DNA of 64,000 nt from Tubulanus polymorphus (Eukaryota; Animalia; Nemertea), in contig NC_134025.1 of assembly GCF_964204645.1 (NCBI RefSeq), forward strand, positions 4,960,001 to 5,024,000. The letters run 5' to 3'. Below are positions 38,696 to 50,600 of the stretch, in pieces (the first letter of the stretch is position 1; every line of letters starts with the position of its first letter). The position numbers and the translations under genes were made by a program. The notes below the pieces were generated by a model. It searched no databases, was not told the origin of the DNA, and saw nothing but the letters and a program-made list of their open reading frames with translations.

Positions 38696-38770
38696 TGTGA
38701 CGACGTTTATATCCAGGACATTCCTGAGCAATAATTGTTCGGGAATGTCCTGGATATGAACGTTATTACA
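38696..38770. repeat. Near-perfect inverted repeat (hairpin), 30-bp core arms
   Basis: ACGTTTATATCCAGGACATTCCTGAGCAAT-A-ATTGTTCGGGAATGTCCTGGATATGAACGT (38703-38763), with 3 mismatches. Confidence 0.85.
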
Positions 38771-41700
38771 ATTTGTCATCCAACGATCATATTTCATCAG
38801 TCTTTTAAGATTAATGCTTACTTCTGAAACCGGCCTCGATATTCCTCCACTCGCTGTATACTGTTGTTCGCGTTATCATCATCATTAATAGACCTGCTGT
38901 GTTTAACCTCGTGGCTCGAAAACAAGTTCGGAATATGAAATGTGAGTGACATTTTGAAATGATATTATAAGAATCCCACACTCACATGAAAAGCGAGTTC
39001 GAAAAAATTGCCTTTAGTTAATGATTCATTTTCGACGTTTTGACTATATTCTTAAACTAGGGGCACACGAGCATATTTTTCACCCAAATGCGACGATTGA
39101 ATTCACCAGCGAATTTATACGCCCGATACAAGCGCGGCCTTATTTTTCGGGCGTTTTAAGAATTCGGGCTAAAAATACGCTCGTATTTATAATTTTGTCA
39201 TTGTTTGCATTCGAGTCTAGCTCCAGGAACAGTGCAGTAACCTATATCCATAGAAATCAATTCGAATTAGCCGATTTAGTAACCATTGATAAGACACTAT
39301 ATCCGTGTTATATATATGGGGATAATCTATAGAGAATCCCAAAGTCAAAAAAATGTTTCTTCGAGCTAGTAGTTGTTTCGACTATATTGTAATCTTTAGG
39401 AATAAATACTGAATCAGTATTTAATCCTGCTCTATAGCTGGGTTATATTTCTCGAATTGAAGTTAATTCGTGTTTGTGAAACGGGCATCGAAAATTAACC
39501 TCAAAATTTAAATTCGAATATTAGCAAATTTACTCGAATTAGGGGCTTAATCCCCCATTCGTGAAACTAGGCCCAGTCGGCCCGACCACTTTTATTGGCA
39601 TGCACCAATGAGGTCTGTGATTTGGCCACAAAAACCGACTAGGGTCTAATGCTGGGGTGTGGGCAATAGACAGTTATTATGGATAATTCTTTCGCAAAAC
39701 ACAATTAGAAATCTTTCTGTTTGCCACCAAGGGTCATGAAGTGTCTGACAGGCTTTGATTATAGTCATCTTTTCAGTGAAAATGACTGTTAGAATATGGT
39801 AAATTTTCGATCGTTATTCAATGCAGACAGAGTGTTTAATTAAAATAGCTATTTTGAAATAAAATATTTGATATTTTTATTAAGAGAAAATGAAAGCAGT
39901 AAAAAGAAGGGGAATTTAGTTAGAGATATTTGTGCCATCAAACTATAATCCTTCTTTTTAGCATTCATATTTTACTGAGAGAATGTCTGAAAGGCTGATT
40001 ATCCCTCCAGGGCACAGACAATGCTAGAACTTTTTTTATTTCTCAGATCAGACAGAATAAACCTCTAAGACATTGTTTAAAAGTAATGTTAAGGAGGTGG
40101 AACTGCTAGCAAAGCTTGTAGATTTAGCAATGTTAATTCATGGCTCAAAATTGACCAAATCATTTACGGAATCTGATGAAATTAAAGTAACTAATGAAAT
40201 GGGGCCTGACAAAATTACCAGAAATATGGATAGAATTTCTGTCTTCCGGGGCTGAAATGTTATATCTTACCACAGTGAATTCACTTGAAGAGAATTTAGA
40301 AAAAACTGTGGTCTCGTGTGTCATATTATTGATATACTAGCTCATTGTGCCAGACAAGTTCAGACTGTGTGAGTTTATTGATTGCTGCTGCTATAACTCA
40401 ATTCAGTTTTTCACATTCGTAGATGCCAATATTGAACAAAGAATAACAATGATTGTCAAAGCTTCATTAGTGTTTATTTATCAGTCTGTATATAGTAGTT
40501 TTTCAACACACAAGGTTAGAAAAATCTGAAGGCATCAAAATGTTGCCCTGACGGATTACTGTTCTTTTGGGTGAATTGTCCTCCTTGTCTGGAAATTTGA
40601 GTCCTAAGGGTGAGTGACTTGAAATTCTGCCCGCGCATCTATGAAACTAGCCCCTTGACAAGAGATACTGATAGTGAAATATTATACTAGGCTTGGCTGA
40701 AGTCGTGTCTGATCAACTCAACTTGGATAACCGTTTAACTCTGATTTTTTGTGAAATATATTCGTCTGGGTTTTTATGAATGAAAGTATTCAATCTTACT
40801 CGGATAATCAAGTTTAACAAATTTCTGCTGTCCAAAATAGATCCAAGTTGATAGCTTAGTCAATCTTGCCATCCGCTTCGAAGAGCACTATACTCTATTT
40901 CTAAGATACCAAAAACTCATATAAATTTTTCCTCTTCCTGAATCATGATTCTGGTGTTCATCTGTGTCTTAAAAATACTAGAACTAACTGGCCACATTCC
41001 TCTAGAATATTTACTTTTTCCTAGAACTAAGACAATACTTGGGTTAGGCCGCTCGGAGATTCTTAATAATTGCCCGATCTTGATATTTCACCTAGATGAC
41101 CTAATACCAAGATTGTTTATACGTTTGTTTATGTGAAATCGACTTATACCAGATATCTTTCATATAACCTTCTGAATTGTAGATACTATTAATCTTACAA
41201 ATGCTTCGTAATGTGGCAGTTTTGCCGTACCAGGTATAGGCTAGTTCAAAACATCTTAGCTTGTAGCTGATAACTAGGTAGGGCGCATTGGTTTTATTTT
41301 GTCTACCATTTTTATTCTTTTTATAAACAATGCACATGTTTTTAAATAGAATTGAATGAAGTCAATGAACTTTGATATTTGAAGTAAATTTCGAATGTTG
41401 AATTCAGGTGAACTCGTGCAGAATTATCTAGTGTTGAATGTTTAAAGGTGCTCAGATTTTTTTATTCATCATAATCAAATAGCATGATCGTCAATGAAAC
41501 AAAGCTTAAAGAGAACGAATCGACAGAGCTATGTATGATATAAATACATACAAAACTATAGAGAAAAAAATATTCACTGGTAATGTCAAAGTACTATTCA
41601 CATATAATTTCAAATTATCAATTTAATATAATGTTCAAAGCCTGATTTGATACACCTCCCCAATTGTATCAATTCTAAATGCTTGTTTGTTTTATTGAGT

Positions 41701-44700
41701 ATTACAAACTGCTGTGGTTGAAAAAACATAAGATACACCTTATGACGAGTTTGCTAACTTTTGATCAATGAATGTTTTATCCCTTTATGATCTGGAAACG
41801 ACAGCGAAGAAGATTTCTCCTGAAAAACCATTGAAGTTCCTTTAGATCAAATGAAAGACGAGCAGAGTAAAGCTTTCAAAAACCTTTTTCATCTGTTCAA
41901 TCCCCCATCACCGAGCTGAAAGTATTTTTGATAAAGCGGCCGGAATTGTTTTATAATCTTATGGTTCAATCGAACATCCAACGATATGTTTGGATCCATA
42001 TACAAATGAGTTGGGAGTCTTGGGTCAATCATTTGATATTTAAGGAGCGGTTCTAAAAAAATCTGTTGCCATTTACCGCTGTCCTTGAATTTTTATCACA
42101 TAATACTTTTTAGTCGGTGACATCTAAATCTGAAAGCCTACACGCTATTTGAGACCCCCATATGTATTGCAACCTCTTATTTCATTTTCCGGTAAATCGT
42201 TTTGCAAGCACCGGAGGTGTATGAAATATTTACCGACACCAATTTGTAATTTTGTTCAAGTGTATTGCGTGGTCTTCTCGGTCTGGAGCCTGTGGCAAAG
42301 ATTCAACAGCTTTAATCAACAGGTTTTATGCCAAGCGACATCGTGATCAGTTAGTCGACTAATCAACACTGGCCTAGAGCATTTAATAACAAACAAAAAG
42401 TCCATGCCAGAAACCTTGGCTTCATCACTTTCTGTGCTGTATTTTGGTACTGGTACCGTAAGTGTTTTGGCGATGTATTTGAGATAGACTTGTCTTCAGG
42501 CATGAAATGGTTGATGTATTGTGTGGTATTGAAAGGTTGAAAACAACGAACGTAGTTGTAGTTGTGAATGCATTTTCATTTAGCTGCATTTATCGGAAAA
42601 CACTTGGGATTTTTTCAGTATTGAATGTAGTAATAGCCGACCTCATTTCTGAAACATTTAGATCAAGCCGTTGTTGGACATGCAACGTTCCAGAAATTGG
42701 TCAACAAGTTATTTTCCAATACCTTGTTCAACTGGTCATTTTGTCTGTAAAAGTTAGGCCTTTTTTTATCACTTGGAGTACAGATTTTTTTTCAAGAAAA
42801 AGGGCAAAGGGAACAAAAATAAAAATTATTTGAAAAATTTTCTATAACGAGTGTTTTGAAATTCTTTTGATTATTTGAGTATTACTCTCCGAAGGATTAC
42901 AGAAAAAAGGAGTGGAAATTGTGATAAATTTGATTCAAATGAAGGGCGAAACAAAAAATTTTTCTGCAAATTACGAGATTTAGATTTTTCTTTTATTGAA
43001 AAATTATGAAAACACAAAGGAGGGCTAACAAATATTGTTTGATAATTTTTTCAGAATTATGGGAGGCAGATCTGTACTCCCAAGTGATTTAAAAAAAGCC
43101 CTAGAGTGGCAATATGGTGGAAATTTGTCCAATGGAGAAAAAGCTGCTCGTCTAACTCATTATTGAGTCTCATTTTGCATGAAATGTGATCGATTTAACA
43201 TTCTGTTGGCATGTCGCCAGTAATCATTCAGTATTTTCAAATTCCCAGTATATGCATTTTACGCAAGTTGTGCTGTATTGGAGGAAATTCAGTCAAGAGT
43301 ATTTGCTCAACAATTCTTGTTTGCTTCTGACCTAGAATAGAATCTACACCTTATAATGGTTGGAAAATGATTATATTACGACATAGATGTGAGTATACGG
43401 GATTCTGAATGGGGATGAATGTCAGACGAGATTGATTGAGTGTAACATGATCTTCACTGACGTTTCTACATGAAATTCATACTCAAGTTTGATATATTTG
43501 TAAAGCAAGATAAATTCATTTTATCATAATTTACAGCTTAATGAATAACATTTATAATAAAACTAACTTTAGTTCGAAACAAAATAGTAAATTACATTTA
43601 TCGAAAGTAAGATAATAGTTGAAAATCGTATGTTGGTTATCAATTTAAAATCAGGCAGTTATTGAAAGAGTAAAATGTGAAGAACTTCCAATACCAGAAC
43701 TACCAGTATAAGTGCACATGATAAGACCTTATTGAGTATATGGAGCCAGCCCAACCAACTTGGCAAAATATATTCCTAGAGATTATGAAGGTTTTATCAC
43801 AAATATTGGCTGGGTCATCATCAAGAGTCTTAATGAAGTACTTTTCCACTTCTAGGTTATCTAACTAAGGCTCGATGTAAAAACAATTAGATGTTGATGA
43901 AGCTTATCGAGAGTTAACCTTGAGACATATTATATTATCGTTGCCAATGTTGCCAATGATTAGATAAGATGGCTTCTACTGAAAATGAATTTTCCTCATC
44001 ATCAATCTGCCTGAAAAGTTATCCTAACGCAAGCTTTGTGTATTCAGTTGTCGTGTAATTCATGCGATACTTCAGTAATTCACTATTCTTAGAAAGTGTT
44101 GAATCACTTAAACAACATAAAGATTTGGTATCAGATTCTATGCGCTGCTTATGTTTCATGTCAGATGCAGCGACAACTTGTTTGAGTACTAATTGTGCGT
44201 TTTTTGTATGACGGCTTTGCATTGTTACGTCGTCTATCCATATACAACACGATAGGCGGGATTTCGTGTTTTAGAATTTAAGTGATTACCGGCCAAGTTG
44301 ACATGATTTTCCATCAATCGTGAAGTTATAAGCGTTGTGCTGCTGCCACTCGCTCACTGGTGATTGTCAAGCAATCTTCCATGTAAAGCGAACTAATATA
44401 AAACGATCGACCCGACATCTCTCTCTCTCTCTCTCTCGTTCGCTGTAGCCAGATTCTCAGAACTGGTGATGATGTAAATAAAGAATTCACCGAAAATGAA
44501 TGAGCCTGAATTAGATTATCGGATTCTTTTTTTCAAGCCGGATTTGTAACGGGGCCTTCGCCAACATGCGTGGGTGCTGTTCTTGTGAATGTAAATGTCT
44601 AATAGATTGAAGGCTTGTTTTCCACCTGCCTTACCCTCTTGTCTATACCGCTGACATCCATCTTCTTTTTTCGTGGTACTTGCATTCTTTTTGATTCGTG

Positions 44701-44771
44701 ATCGATCTGTGTGGTCATCTACTCCCCCCCTCAACTTTTCTCAATTGCACATGCATATGTATGCATTTCAG

Positions 44772-44837
44772 TGGAAGTAGAACAGCTGAGTGCTAAAAAA
44801 ATCATTCGATCTTATAGTGATTATTGATATTCAACAG
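44772..44837 (+). other. Candidate non-coding 5' UTR exon of the nuclear receptor gene
   Basis: Flanked by a TTTCAG acceptor and a CAG|GTAGG donor. The NR start exon begins at an acceptor (47618) with an in-frame TAA before the ATG, so at least one upstream non-coding exon is expected. Confidence 0.35.
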
Positions 44838-47636
44838 GTAGGCTTTTCCATTTGGTAAGCAATGCTTCTGTTTTAGATGAAATTAGATGGCAGGATGTAG
44901 TAAGTTTTTCTCGGTATGAAACGAGTTGTAAAACAAATGTTTATGAATATTTGTTTACGTAGCGAACCTACTCGTGAGATTGAATTGCTTAATGCAGCAT
45001 CACGGCATAAGATTTTAGATCCCTTCGCATAGTTTCTGGCTTGTAACCGGTGTCAAGTTCAATGAATCTCATTCAGCCTAGGCATTTTATTTGGTCTGAC
45101 GCACACCTTCGAGAATTCATTGCCGACATACATGCTTTTTCCATAAAATCTATATTCCCTACTGAGGATGTTGGGCTGTTTTTTTTTTTAAGTTGGATTA
45201 TTGGTCCGCCGATGAAAAATTTTATCTTTATTTTTTTCCCAGTTTTTTTATGCATAGATATGAAAATAGAAGAAAACGTTTGTTATTTTTCCCACTGTCA
45301 CGTCATCTTTTGACATCTCGTACACAAAAAATCACGGTGCATTTTCTTGCTCCAAGCTATCTTTTAGTCCGAAGTGACAGGTACATAGAATATAAAAGAT
45401 TTTTTACGGAGTAACCGTGAATTTTTAAGCAGAAATTCTCAGAGTGCTACATCAATGAATTATTGATTAAAACCATAGTCGTTTTAGATGCTGTGTTAAT
45501 TTCTGCGCAAAATTTAGTAAATATCTTCAGTGTTCTATTGCACATATTTTTCTTCATTATGTTGCTCCATTTTTATATCGATCAGATCAATAGCAAATAA
45601 ACATGTTTCTAGGAAAAGCGAACGAACTCATTATCAATCAACCTGTCTATATGTTCATGCGTAGTCGTTAAGATTTAACCAACAAATTTTTGAGCTGTGA
45701 CCGTTCAATCAATACGCGATACATGAAACCGCGATGTGTATCTTGACCTGAGATATTAAATGCCAAGGTCGTTTAAAAAAGATTATTCAAACATAACTAT
45801 GACCGATTAAGTGCGGAGGGTATTTACTACACGTGGGTTCAAACAATCTGTGTTCTGATGATAGAAATTAACGTAAACACTCTAAAAACATGATGAATAA
45901 ATCAATCAGGTTGAAAATATGAAAATGATATAATAGTGATCATCGTATCAAGCATTTTTGAGATATTCCAATTAAGGGTGTTATTGGTGTCACTGTATCT
46001 TTGTAGTATGAAAACTTGTGATAATAGTTTTCTGTCATTCTCATTTATTCAAATGAAAAACAATGGTACTTTTTTAAGTAGACTTTAAAAAGAACCAGTT
46101 GAACTATGTTTTTATATCGTGTCGCTCAATGCGTCACCGTTATTTTTACTGTGTAATCTGTTTCTCGGTAAAGTACACAGTCCTCCTATCTGTCTCTCTC
46201 TCTCGCTTTTCAGCTGCCATTGAACCCATTACGTATTTGACCTTGACACGTTTTATAAAACAGAAAACCGTATTTCGTCCACTTGTATTTGCACATTGTG
46301 CGACGTCATGTCGGACTATTGATTAAATGTCGTGTACTTCATTTCTCGCACAGGCGTGAGATTTTTTACAATGCTTCACATGTACATCATTGCGGAAAGT
46401 TTTCCATATAATTTTACATAGCAAACTCCACAATGCTCGAAGTAAATGATATATTACAAACAGAAGTACTGTGGAGGCAGTGTTTTGATAATAACGGACT
46501 ATTTCTTATTATCGCAACACGGGAAAATCTGTTCGATAACTTTTTTACGATAGGTAGGAATACGAGTTTGCGCTGTGCATTAATTAATAGACGAGGGAGG
46601 CATCAGGCAACATGAGGAATGAAAATTTGATAGCTCGCCGTAACCATCTGTCAATGAGTAAACGATACCTGTTCACAGAATAATTTATTATTGCATTATA
46701 TCACAGGTTTGCAAATAGTTTATAGCAAGCTCTGCACTATAAGCAAAAAGTCTTGATGAAAACTCTTTCAGTCAATGAATATAGTTCGCCTAATTTACAA
46801 GGCAATATTAAGTCATTAAATTAGGTTGTATGTACTCATTGTTGTATAAATGTGTGCTAATTGATTTTTTGTTGATATGCAAAAACACATTGGTTGTGTC
46901 AACATTATCAGTTAATGACAATTTTTAAATTAGATGTTTTTTTAATCAGATTAATCAAATTATTGACTTCACTGACAAATTACTGACTTCCTTTAAGTCG
47001 TCTTTCGAAATCAAAACTAAAGCTATTTCTATTCATGGATGGATTATGATATCAGAGATTCGATGATCTTCCTAAGATCTGCAAGTATAGTTTGTTCAGC
47101 TACTGATTTCAATATAGCCCCCGTACGTACATATTTGAAGTTGATGTCTGTGACCAGCCATTGTCATCTGATAAGCTGTGCTCTGAGTACAATAAGCTCA
47201 TCTGCAATGGCATTGGCTTCTATATAGCTCCTATTCCCATAAAGCCCGTGCCTGTGCTTTACCGAAATTGTTCATCCGTGACGGTGACCCTGAAATTAAA
47301 CCACTTAGGTAGAGATAAGTAAACTGTGCCTAGTTAGTAGGAGTATACCAGTGCTCCATTAGATAACATATGAGAAACATGAGAATGTGAAATATCAAAT
47401 GGTGCCAAGAAGATGATCCTATATAAGATAACCTTTGTTTATAAATACAGACAACAGTTGAATAAGTTTTAGAAGAAAGACCCTATTTCTTGTTGGAGAA
47501 CCCTTGTGAATCATGAATAACAAGTCAAGTGTCTTTATGTCTAGATTTATGGTTCAAATGTGCGTTGATTTTCATATACTGGTATATATATATATATATA
47601 TCTCATATATATTTTCAGAATTTTTAAAAATCACCG

Positions 47637-50600
47637 ATGAAAAGGATCACTATGGATGAGCGCAATGACCACCACATTCCAGTACTGCAGTTTTCGCCAA
47701 CTCCACTTATACGGAATTTAGGTCGTGTACCGTCGGAGGGACCGCTGAAAAAATTCTATTTGAATCGAGAGAGGTTGAACCGCACGGGCACGGCAACAAC
47801 CCAGACTGAGTGGAGTTTGCCGTGTGATGTCGAAATCCCCTACGACATCATCAACAAGTTCAGCGTGTTTCCGAAAGAGCACGCCAGTTTAGACGAAAGT
47901 CGACAATACCTCGAAATTTTGTGCCGAGTCGAAGACAAAGTGAGAAACTTCGAACGTCAACTCGCTCGGCATAGTTTACTGTTTAATGACAGCGCATTAC
48001 CGTTGCATTACAAACACCTACGTGATACACCTTTGACCAACGATAGTTCGAAAGGTGTACTTGAAGACGAACCGGACGAAACTGAAGACGACGATATGGA
48101 CAGCGCTATGGATCTGACTCTGTCCAGTATGCCCAGCGTGTGTAATGACGATATTTTAGGTACATACAATGAGCCTCATTATCCGCGCAGTTATCACCAA
48201 TATTCTAGAAACGGACACGATAGGAGCGCGTCGGCTAGTGCATATGACAGCCACAAACTGGGCCCGGCCCGACCAAACTTCTCTAATCTAAACGGACACA
48301 TGTCCCGTTCGCCGGTAGTCATTGATCTAACGCATTCTCCCGAAAATCGATGTCCGTTGCCTTCGGCAAAAACTCACAACGGCGAGGCAGGACGATTCAG
48401 CGAACGCTTCCTGAAGTCAGATTACACGAACCACAGCATGGGGCCTCCGCAGATACCTGACGGTTTAATAACGATGTCAGCGATACAGCAACATCGACAA
48501 TCAAATCTTTTTAGGAATTCGGAACGAGTGAACCAGATATTTTCCCCGAATCATGCATTCCAACACCAGATGGACATGGTTCAAAATATGTTTAGTAATA
48601 AAACGAGGGGGGACATGAACGGGTTGCGTTACGACGAATGCACATTAGATAACAGTAAAGCTACCGTATCATCAGAACGTCACACGTCTTACAAACCGTC
48701 GTCGTCGTTTACCAAATCGCACGCATCACAATTGAGAAGCGACCTTCACGACGCGGTGGCGCCTTCGTCGCCGATACCCGAACGACAATCGCTTAAAACT
48801 TCATCATCGTTTCTCAATAATTACGACGAGACGAACAATGATAATATCGAAAACGGATTTAACAACGTAATCAACGTCTCATCGGCGTCGGCTTCGACGT
48901 CGTTCAACAAAACCGATAGATCGAGAGTGATCGTCACATCTTCAGAATTCGATAATAACGAAAAAACGCCCCGTGATAACGTGCAGCAAAAACGAAGTTC
49001 ATCATCTGGCAACGATCCCACAGTGTGTAAAGCCCCCAGACGTACATCTTATCAACGCACTATCGAGAAAGTATCGTGTCAAGTATGCGGAGATATTGCT
49101 TCTGGATTTCACTGCGGCGCTTATGTTTGTGAGGCGTGCAAGGTGAGTTGCGATATTTCCCTCTATAAATAGATTCATCGCTTTTTTTTGGACGAGCTCC
49201 AATTCCATTCGAATGAATAGCTGTCATTATTGCCAGGGGAAATGGGAGACAATTTTTTCAGTTAGAAATTGTTGATTTTATTACTTCATCAGCCTGTTCT
49301 ACTTATAACCTTTTTAAGGCCCATGGGCTGAAATGGTTTTTATATCATTTACCTTTAACATCGATTAAAAAAATGCCGTATTTTGTAACACTTGAAAATG
49401 TTTTTATTCGTTGGAAAGATTTAGTCTAATTGAGTCAGTTGAGTTTTGCTTAGACTTCAGCCGCGATCACATGAGCACTTATGGCCTGCGCCAAATTAGG
49501 CCCGGAACAACTGTTCACACGCTGCCATATGGGCCTGTACCTGTTTGGCCCGGACAAAATTTGGCCAGACCAAAGACGTCCGGACCAGGCCCGAGTCAAA
49601 TTTAGCATGGGCCAAATTATTGCGTGTGAATTGCAACTGGTTCCGGAAGTGACTCACTTCACATTGTTTAAGCAGTGTAAGCAAGGGCCAAATTTGACTC
49701 TGGTCTGATCCGAGCCAAATTTTCTCTGTGCGATTACAGCTTTAGTCTGGGCAGTGGCTGTTCATCTATGGAAAATCATAATAATGATTATTAAGTTAAT
49801 GCATTATGAAAAGAAGTAAGAGGTTTAGTTGCCATAACAACACATCTAATTAATTCCGATGACTAGTTGTTGATGAAATTAGTTACCGGATATCGGTACA
49901 TATATCTTCGTGATGATTTTTTAAAGTCACTTTTCAAGTTCTACTTCACTATCTCCCTCCCCTCTCCATCTCTCCATCTCCCTCCCTTCCTCCCTCCCTC
50001 CCCCTCCTCTTCCCCTCTCCCTCTTTCCCTCCTTCCCTCCCTCTCCCTCTCTCCCTCTCTCCCTCTCTCCTCTCTCCCTCTCTCCCTCTCTCCCTCTCTC
50101 CCTCTCTCCCTCTCTCCCTCTCTCCCTCACTCCCTCACTCCCTCCCTCTCCCTCCCTCCCTCTCTCTCTCTCTCTGTAACATGCCGGTTCGGAGAATTCA
50201 TTAAACTGCTATGCTTCATGCGCAAACAATCGGTGTTGACATTGAATTTTTAAGTTAGAGCCGTCATAGATGGAAAATATCTACTTCGCGAGATATGGCC
50301 GTTTTTGGATGTTGATGAATTATGTTGCTGCGATCGGCTGTCTGTGAATTATTCCCAAAAGGAATGTGAAAAACAAATTGAATACGTGTCTAACACTCGT
50401 TGCACAGGATCGTATCGAGGACAAAGAATTGGCATTCCAGATCTCTAATACTTTTAGGCCCGTTACCAAATCGCAAAAACGGCTGGTTTTTTCATATGGA
50501 TAGACTGATATTTTATCATTATGTTCCGTTGCATATGTATCGAACAAACTTCAATAACTATTATTCATACTGCGTAACAGTACGTCAGTAACACTTAGGT

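Noticed and set aside
39025-39055. Penelope-type hammerhead ribozyme remnant (minus strand AATATAGTCAAAACGTCG; similar at about 54810-54832)
   Set aside because: The CUGANGA core and stem II are missing, so no intact ribozyme can be drawn.
49867-50253. ORFs of 128 aa (+) and 67 aa (-)
   Set aside because: They are translations of the CT microsatellite.
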